Shown here piece after piece: positions 56,371 through 64,000 of a stretch of DNA of 64,000 nt. The stretch is from Octopus vulgaris. Taxonomy: Eukaryota. The stretch is from positions 71,796,001-71,860,000 of the forward strand of contig OX597827.1 in NCBI GenBank assembly GCA_951406725.2. The letters run 5' to 3'. A program made the translations under genes and the position numbers. Each line of letters begins with the position of its first letter. Positions within the stretch are counted from its first letter, which is position 1. Below the pieces are notes generated by a model, which was not told where the DNA came from, did not search any database, and saw only the letters and a list, made by a program, of their open reading frames with translations.

Positions 56371-56917
56371 TGGATCGGTTTTATTTCTTAAAATTTGACA
56401 GTACAAATTTTTAAAATGATTCCCCAAGCAACACGTTATTATTATTATTATTATTATTATTATTGCTTCTCTTTTCTGTCTCTTTTCTCCTCCTTTTACT
56501 CATTCCATAATCTTTTAGTTGGGCATCTAATGGTATCGATTTACGCTTCCTTTGCATTATAAGGAGAATGGATTAATTTTTTCTTCTTTTTCTTCTTTTT
56601 ATCAATGCACTTTAAGAAATTACGAAATTGCAACAGAAATGGTAGGATGCGTCACCACGAAAACCAAACATCTAGAACGTAAAAGCAAGTCAAGTGTGAC
56701 TGAATGGTTGCTTTTTTTATATTTTTTTTTTTGTACGTGAAAATAAAACTACGACATAGTTCCTTATAAAGATGTCAAAATTTGAACGGGAAATTCCAAG
56801 GATGGTCAAGCAGCGAGAAAAGTTCTTTTGCATTTTTTTTTTGTTTTGTCTAGTTTGTAGGGTTGTTTCTTTTTCTAGATTTTTTTCTGTTGAATTACTT
56901 CAATGTTGGTTTCAAAT

Positions 56918-57120
56918 TTTGGCACAAGGCCAGCAATTTCAGAGGAAGGGATAAATCAATAACATCGAACTCAGTGCTCAACTGGTACTTATTTTATCGA
57001 CCTCGAACGGATGAAAGGCAAAGTCAACCTCGGCAGAATTCGAACTCAGAAACGTAAAGTAGGACGAAATGCCGCTAAGCATTTTGTCCGGCGTGCTAAC
57101 GATTCTGCCGGCTCGCCGCC
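56918..57120 (-). mobile_element. SINE B variant
   Basis: Family match with a B2-like tail. Confidence 0.7.
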
Positions 57121-57438
57121 CTCAAATTGCTTCGATATTAAGATAGTATAAGTGCGTGTGTCACACCATCACAATATATGCAGATACGCGCAACACGCAT
57201 AAACAAAGATAACTTTCGCCCACAAACATACACTCTGCACATGCACACTATTTTGTCACACACACACACATATGCACACTCTACCTGAACAAGCACGTAT
57301 CAACTGCTACACACAACACACACGTTAAACTCACTCGCACCCATTCACACATACACACTCACACACCATTCTCACATACACACACACGCTTGCGCACCTT
57401 AGTTCGTTGGAGGTCACCGTTACCGTTAATATTATTAA

Positions 57439-57473
<35 letters not shown>

Positions 57474-57479
57474 CCCCCT

Positions 57480-57690
57480 TTCATTCAACCTCTTTTTTCC
57501 AGTCAACTCACCGTTATTTTCATTCTCTCTTACATTTTTTCCTCTTAATCCTTTCAGTCGGAGAGCGTAGGCTCGAAACCTAAAAGACTATTCCATTCTT
57601 CCCAAAACGCTTTTCCATTCTTCCTAATACACCTGCTTGTTGTTCCTACACTTGTCTTCGTCTTTTGTTTTCTGTATATCTGAACTATAC
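57480..57690 (+). mobile_element. Small hammerhead-like element, subfamily E2, degenerate
   Basis: CTTT-CAGTCGG-A-GAGC-GTAG-GCTC-GAAA-CC-TA-AAAG. Confidence 0.55.
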
Positions 57691-57808
57691 ACACACACAC
57701 ACACACAAATGTGTATGCATGGTGTGTATATGTGCATGCATGCATATACACATGTGCAAATAGCATACACGCATGCACGCGTACTTAAATATGTACTTAC
57801 ATACACAC

Positions 57809-57860
<52 letters not shown>

Positions 57861-57952
57861 AGTCAATCCAAAAACAAACGAAGAACAAAGAACAGCGCGA
57901 GGACGTGGTACATGGGAAGTATTAACAGACGCTCAGGGAAGGAAAAAAAGCG

Positions 57953-57987
57953 GTTTAACGTTTCGAGCAAAGCTCTTCTTCAGAAAC
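57953..57987 (-). ncRNA. Minimal hammerhead ribozyme with canonical core, in E1 element 57861-58062
   Basis: GUUU-CUGAAGA-A-GAGC-UUU-GCUC-GAAA-CG-UU-AAAC with palindromic AACGUU stem III. Confidence 0.72.
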
Positions 57988-58057
57988 AGAGTAAAGTCCA
58001 ATAGAAAAGGAAGACGGAGGGGAAGAAATCACCAACGATTCACGTGTGGTTACATTT

Positions 58058-58113
<56 letters not shown>

Positions 58114-58288
58114 CACACATATACATATATATTCGTACACGCACATTAGATAACATAAGGTGTCCGTATATTATCTTTACAATTTGATACAATAAGTTGT
58201 GGAAGTTGTAAACATAATTATGAACACTTCGTGCTTATATAGGGATATACACATACAACATAGAGTATGTCGTATGTGTATATATGTA

Positions 58289-58319
<31 letters not shown>

Positions 58320-58722
58320 AAAGAGCATGTAAACATGTTACCTTAGAGACAGCCGTATCCGAGTTTATATATTTTTAGAATGTTCCGTATTTCCCACATT
58401 GGTTGTGCTTCAGGTGAAGTTTGGATACAACAGCTATGGTTCCAAATTAAACGTCAATGCCAAATATGGAATATGAGAAAAATCCTAATAAAAGGAAGGT
58501 TTACCTTCAACGCAATCCCGTCTTTAATATACCTTGTTTCATAGGAGCGCGCTGTTCCCTCTTTACACACGCACACATATATATCGAATTATTTTTATAA
58601 AAACAATTTCACATTAAACTGAGGAATTACTCTATATTTTTCAGTGGAATACATGATGCTTATTCAACTCTTACGAGGAAAAGGCTGACGGACATATATC
58701 TACGCATACATGTATCATATCG

Positions 58723-58760
<38 letters not shown>

Positions 58761-58877
58761 ACTATTGATCTATATATCTATCTATCTGTCGTCTGTCTTT
58801 CTGTCAATACATCCACCCACCCATCCATCCATCCATCCATCCATCTGTCGTCTGCCTTTCTTTCTGTCGTCTGTTTT

Positions 58878-58945
<68 letters not shown>

Positions 58946-58948
58946 CCA

Positions 58949-59002
<54 letters not shown>

Positions 59003-59292
59003 TTGTCTGTCTGTTTGTTTGCCTATGTATCTATTTATCCCTCTTTTTATCTATATATCTATCTATCTATCTATCTATCCCAATTACTATTACTATATGT
59101 TATCTATTTTAATAACTACTGATATTTTTATATTTTATATATTATATATGTAAAGCATAATATGTTTTACATGTATGTATATTGTTATAATTGTCCTTTT
59201 AGTAAATAAATAAACTGGCATAATATAATGCCTAAAAGTTGATGAATATCACCTATTGATCCCCTCCATTTTCTTATTTAATATATATATAT

Positions 59293-59587
59293 AACAATTG
59301 CAGCGTGGAAGGTGTTTGTAAGCCATTTAAGAAACACACAAAAGCCGTTCGATTCACTTCAACATTTAAGTTTAATTTGTCTGAGATGCAGCACGGATTT
59401 TTGTCAGTGAACAGGTCGCGGATTTTAGCGACGAAAATATTTTGACAAATTAAACTTAAATGTTGAAGTGAATCGAACGGCTTTTGTGTGTTTCTTAAAT
59501 GGCTTACAAACACCTTCCACGCTGCAATTGTTTTCGTTCCAGCACACGATCTCAGATCAAATCACTTGCTATGCGAGTACATCTCCG

Positions 59588-59588
<1 letters not shown>
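59293..59588 (+). mobile_element. Fold-back element in (TA)n with a variant hammerhead
   Basis: 89-bp arms at 59293-59381 and 59444-59532, plus a tail. Confidence 0.85.
59400..59449 (+). ncRNA. Hammerhead ribozyme variant with G3-C8 swap
   Basis: UUUGUCA-GUGAACA-G-GUCGC-GGAUUUUA-GCGAC-GAAA-AUAU-UU-UGACAAA, with 7-bp stem I and 5-bp stem II. Confidence 0.7.
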
Positions 59589-59631
<43 letters not shown>

Positions 59632-60149
59632 CATTCAGCATACTTGGTCGGTTCTTTATTTGCCATATATTTTTCATTTATATATATATATGCACACATG
59701 CATATGTATACACATATATATGTATATGTATGTGTGTGTGTGTGTGTGTGTAATGTATGTATCTCAATTCAGTTTGGTTATTAACCTTGAAGTTTGCTGT
59801 AGAAAGCCAGTCCACGCATATCGAACATCAGATTCGAATTTACAGTAAATATTGATCATTTCATAGAAGATCCATCTTAAAATCCGCGAATATCCGTCGA
59901 ATTGATATAAATATTAACAAGGAGATTGGAGTTAACGTCACATTTTATATTCCTGAAGAATTGACTTTTTCCAGTAATGCTGAAATAATACTTGTACCGT
60001 TACATTATTTCGTATATTATATAATAATACTCCAGCAATAATTCTTCTGGTAAAGTGACGAGTGAAACGTTTGTAGTATTGTGCAATAAAACATGTTGCT
60101 CAATCGAAGAGAGAAAGAGGAAGAGAGAGAGAAATGGAGAAAGACAGAC

Positions 60150-60219
<70 letters not shown>

Positions 60220-60224
60220 CAACC

Positions 60225-60291
<67 letters not shown>

Positions 60292-60300
60292 CAGATAGAC

Positions 60301-60369
<69 letters not shown>

Positions 60370-60450
60370 TTAGCCATCTTGCTTCTCATGAGCACATCAA
60401 ATATGTTTATATAGCTTATAAGTAAAAACTTAATATGCGTTTTCATACAA

Positions 60451-60524
<74 letters not shown>

Positions 60525-60689
60525 CTATATATATATGCATTTACATATGTGTTCGTGTGTGTGTGTTCTTTATTGCGGGATTAATCCTGTTTCGATTCTA
60601 CGTGAGTCGATTCGAAACGAGATTACCTCAGCAAACTATTCACCAAAGTAAAGAATGTTGCACACTACATTCTCAAAGTGTAATGCTTT

Positions 60690-60856
<167 letters not shown>

Positions 60857-60917
60857 AAAGGCTTCCAAATAAGGAAGCGTAGTGCTAGAAACACAAAGAG
60901 GGATAAATTCATGAAAG

Positions 60918-61003
<86 letters not shown>

Positions 61004-61104
61004 GCATATATATATATATATATATATGCACGCATATGTTTATATAAAGCCGTACATATTAGTGTGCGTGTGTATCTATGAGTCTGCGTGCGTATGTGCG
61101 TGTG

Positions 61105-61169
<65 letters not shown>

Positions 61170-61515
61170 GTGTGTGTGTGAACTCAGTCGGAAACGGCTT
61201 TAGAGTAAAACAGCGATAAGTATATCATTCATAATGTTCCCGTTTTGCATGCCTTAGCAACGATACACAAGCATCACCACCACCACCACCACCATCGCCA
61301 CCGCCACCGCCACCACCCTCCAACCCCCACATACGTATATATGTGCGCGTGCGCGCGCGTTTGTGTCTGTACGCGTAAAGGTTATCCCTTACATTTCTGC
61401 AGTAAGCGACTTTAATCTGCGATAGTATTTTGTTAACCGAGAGACTTCATGAAAAGTGTCAAAATAACATTTGAATATTACAGATATAGCATTATATTCC
61501 TTGTTGTTATATACT

Positions 61516-61745
61516 TATTTCTTTATTACTCACAAGGGGCTAAACAAAGAGGGGACAAACAAGGACAGACATAGGTATTAAGTCGATTACATCGACCCTA
61601 GTGCGTAACTGGTACTTAATTTATCGACCCCGATAGGATGAAAGGCAAAGTCGACCTCGGCGGAATTTGAACTCACAACGTAACGCAGACGAAATACCGC
61701 TAAGCATTTCGCCCGGCGTGCTAACGTTTCTGCCAGCTCGCCGCC
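61516..61745 (-). mobile_element. SINE B
   Basis: Family match with TSD TTGTTGTTATATACT. Confidence 0.88.
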
Positions 61746-61879
61746 TTGTTGTTATATACTGCAGCACCGGAACTTTTATCCGGCTTCCAGATATCCGGAA
61801 ATACTATGAAATAATAGGTAAAAAAAAACAAAAACCACCCCTTCGGTAATGATTGATCATGAAATTGCATCTAGAAGGT

Positions 61880-62152
61880 TACCCTCCGAGGCACAAGTCT
61901 GGGCAAGGTTGTTTATGGAAGACCAACAGTCGCCCATGCTTATCGACTTCTCTTACCCCTGCCACCGATGTTAGCCAAGGGAAAGGCAAAGGAGTTTGGC
62001 ACCAGTGACCTTGCAACTCATCAGCTGAGTGAACTGGAGCAACGTGAAATAAAGTGTCTTGCTCAAGAACATAACACAGCTCGGTCCGGGAATCGAACTC
62101 GCTACCTCATGATTGTGAGCCTGATGCTCTAACCACTGGGCCATGCGCCTTC
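61880..62152 (-). mobile_element. tRNA-derived SINE with CORE-like segment and a distinct 3' end
   Basis: Head GAAGGCGCATGGCCCAGTGGTTAGAG...GAGTTCGATTCCC followed by TTCTTGAGCAAGACACTTT. Confidence 0.65.
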
Positions 62153-62154
62153 AC

Positions 62155-62579
62155 ACTCTTTACTCTTTACTCTTTTACTCTTTTACTTGTTTCAGTCATT
62201 TGACTGCGGCCATGCTGGAGCACCGCCTTTAGTCGAGCAGCTCGACCCCGGGACTTATTCTTTTTGTAAGCCCAGTACTTATTCTATCGGTCTCTTTTTG
62301 CCGAACCGCTAAGTTACGGGGACGTAAACATACCAGCATCGGTTGTCAAGCAATGCTTGGGGAACAGACACACAAACACACACACATACATACATATATA
62401 TATATACATATATACGACAGGCTTCTTTCAGTTTCCGTCTACCAAATCCACTCACAAGGCATTGGTCGGCCCGGGGCTATAGCAGAAGACACTTGCCCAA
62501 GATGCCACGCAGTGGGACTGAACCCGGAACCATGTGGTCGGTTAGCAAGCTACTTACCACACAGCCACTCCTGCGCCTA
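62155..62579 (-). mobile_element. SINE family A, full length
   Basis: Family match with (AGTAAAAG)n tail. Confidence 0.88.
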
Positions 62580-62745
62580 TGCAATATCATACAATATTCT
62601 GTACCCTGTATTGGGTAAACCGACCCTGATTTTGAAGTTGGTTAATTTGCATCCAGTGTCTTAAAATTGAGTTTGTTCTTTTCTTTTTTATGCGAATTAA
62701 TAAAGATTAAGCATAATCTACTTTAGAACTGTATTAATTTCTACC

Positions 62746-63058
62746 ACCGTGATCACCGTGACTGACCAGGATATCAGATGTTGCTACACATCGCTGGTCA
62801 CAATGCGCTTCGCATTGTTTTAGCCTTCAAATGACGCCACCCCACTGGCTAAGCGAGCAGGCCAACAGAAGAAAGAGTGAGAGAAAGTTGTGGCGAAAGA
62901 GTACAGTAGGGATCACCACCACCACCCCCTGCCGGAGCCTCGTAGAGCTTTAGGTGTTTTCGCTCAATAAACACTCACAACGCCCGGTCTGGGAATCGAA
63001 ATCGCAATCCTACGACCGCGAGTCCGCTGCCCTAACCACTGGGCCATTGCGCCTCCAC
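62746..63058 (-). mobile_element. SINE with the family C head and a third type of 3' end
   Basis: The C head is followed by an unrelated 3' half. TSD AATTTCTACC. Confidence 0.8.
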
Positions 63059-63063
63059 AATTT

Positions 63064-63270
63064 CTACCGGTATTTGTTAAATAGCATAGGTGCCAAGATG
63101 CATCCTTGTTTTAGTTCGCGCATGATTTGAAATTCTTCTGACAACTTGTTTTGGTGGAATACACGTCCAGACATATTGCCATGCATTGCTTGGACCAGAG
63201 AGATAAAGTGATCAGGATATCCAAAATGATGAGTAAACCTTCCACATATCAGCTCTTGGGACGCTATCAA
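63064..63270 (-). pseudogene. RTE-clade reverse transcriptase fragment
   Basis: HFGYPDHFISLVQAMH...SEEF...LKQGCILAPMLFN. Confidence 0.8.
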
Positions 63271-63489
63271 GGGCCTTTTATTTTAGTAATAGAGAACAAG
63301 GAAAATGAATTTTTGTTGTTCCCTCTTTCTCTTTCTCTTTTCTCTTTTACTTGTTTCAGTCATTTGAACTGTGGCCATGCTGGAGCACCGCCTTTAATCG
63401 AGCAACTCGACCCCTGCTTTTTTTTCTTTTTTTTTTTTTATCTTGGAGTTACCTTGCACTGAAAATCATGTCAGTCGTGCCACGAGAGG

Positions 63490-63822
63490 CACGGACTGCA
63501 ATGCTTCACGAAGTTCCTCCAGACAATCCAGGAGTTGACATCAGATATATGGATATGATGAAGGACTTTTTAATCTTAGTAGATTTCGATCTAAACATCT
63601 AACACACATGCAACGCATCTCAGAACTTCGATATGCTGATGACAATGCTGCCCTCTGTCGTTCAAAGGAAGAACTCCAACAGTTTGTGACCAACTTTGCT
63701 ATGGCCTACCGTCGCTTTGGCCTTACAGTAAACACCAAGAAAACCAAGGTCCTTGCACAACCATCTTACCAGATTTTGATGTTACCATCTCCGATACACC
63801 TCTGGGAAAAGTAGAGCATTTT
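63490..63822 (+). pseudogene. RTE-clade reverse transcriptase fragment (continuation, inverted)
   Basis: AMLHE...GVDIRY...ELRYADD...FGLTVNTKKTKVLAQP. Confidence 0.8.
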
Positions 63823-63826
63823 CCAT

Positions 63827-64000
63827 AGGCACAGGAGTGGCTGTGTGGTAAGTACCTTTCTTACCAACCACATGGTTCCGGGTTCATTCCCTCTGCGTGG
63901 CACCTTGGGCAAGTGTCTTCTACTATAGCCTCGGGCCGACCAAAGCCTTGTGAGTGGATTTGGTAGACGGAAACTGAAAGAAGTTCGTCGTACATATGTA
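63827..64000 (+). mobile_element. SINE family A head, running off the window
   Basis: Family match. Confidence 0.8.

Overview
This is repeat-saturated, AT-rich eukaryotic DNA. The SINE, LINE and microsatellite content resembles a coleoid cephalopod such as Octopus, which is an inference I could not verify. Almost all ORFs in the track are microsatellite or SINE artefacts. The only host-gene signal is one 153-nt minus-strand exon (8641-8793) encoding the start of an ionotropic glutamate receptor (AMPA/kainate-like) amino-terminal domain, so much of the window is probably intronic. Mobile content includes several modular tRNA-derived SINE families, mariner and pogo/Tigger remnants, MITEs, and fragments of R4/Dong-, RTE-, Tx1/L1- and Penelope-like retroelements. 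The main discovery is about ten sequence-unrelated small inserts in or beside (TA)n/(TACA)n tracts with a shared fold-back architecture. Many of them, and several simpler (TA)n inserts, carry minimal type I hammerhead ribozymes, including compensatory 3-8 core variants. Their inversion or truncation points cluster at the ribozyme, and one insert captured a copy of neighbouring DNA between two divergent ribozymes. Also notable are a SINE that appears to insert into its own internal GGTAT site, its shared 3' tail with a (GATA)n-targeting LINE, and a near-perfect 153-bp-arm hairpin just downstream of the glutamate receptor exon.
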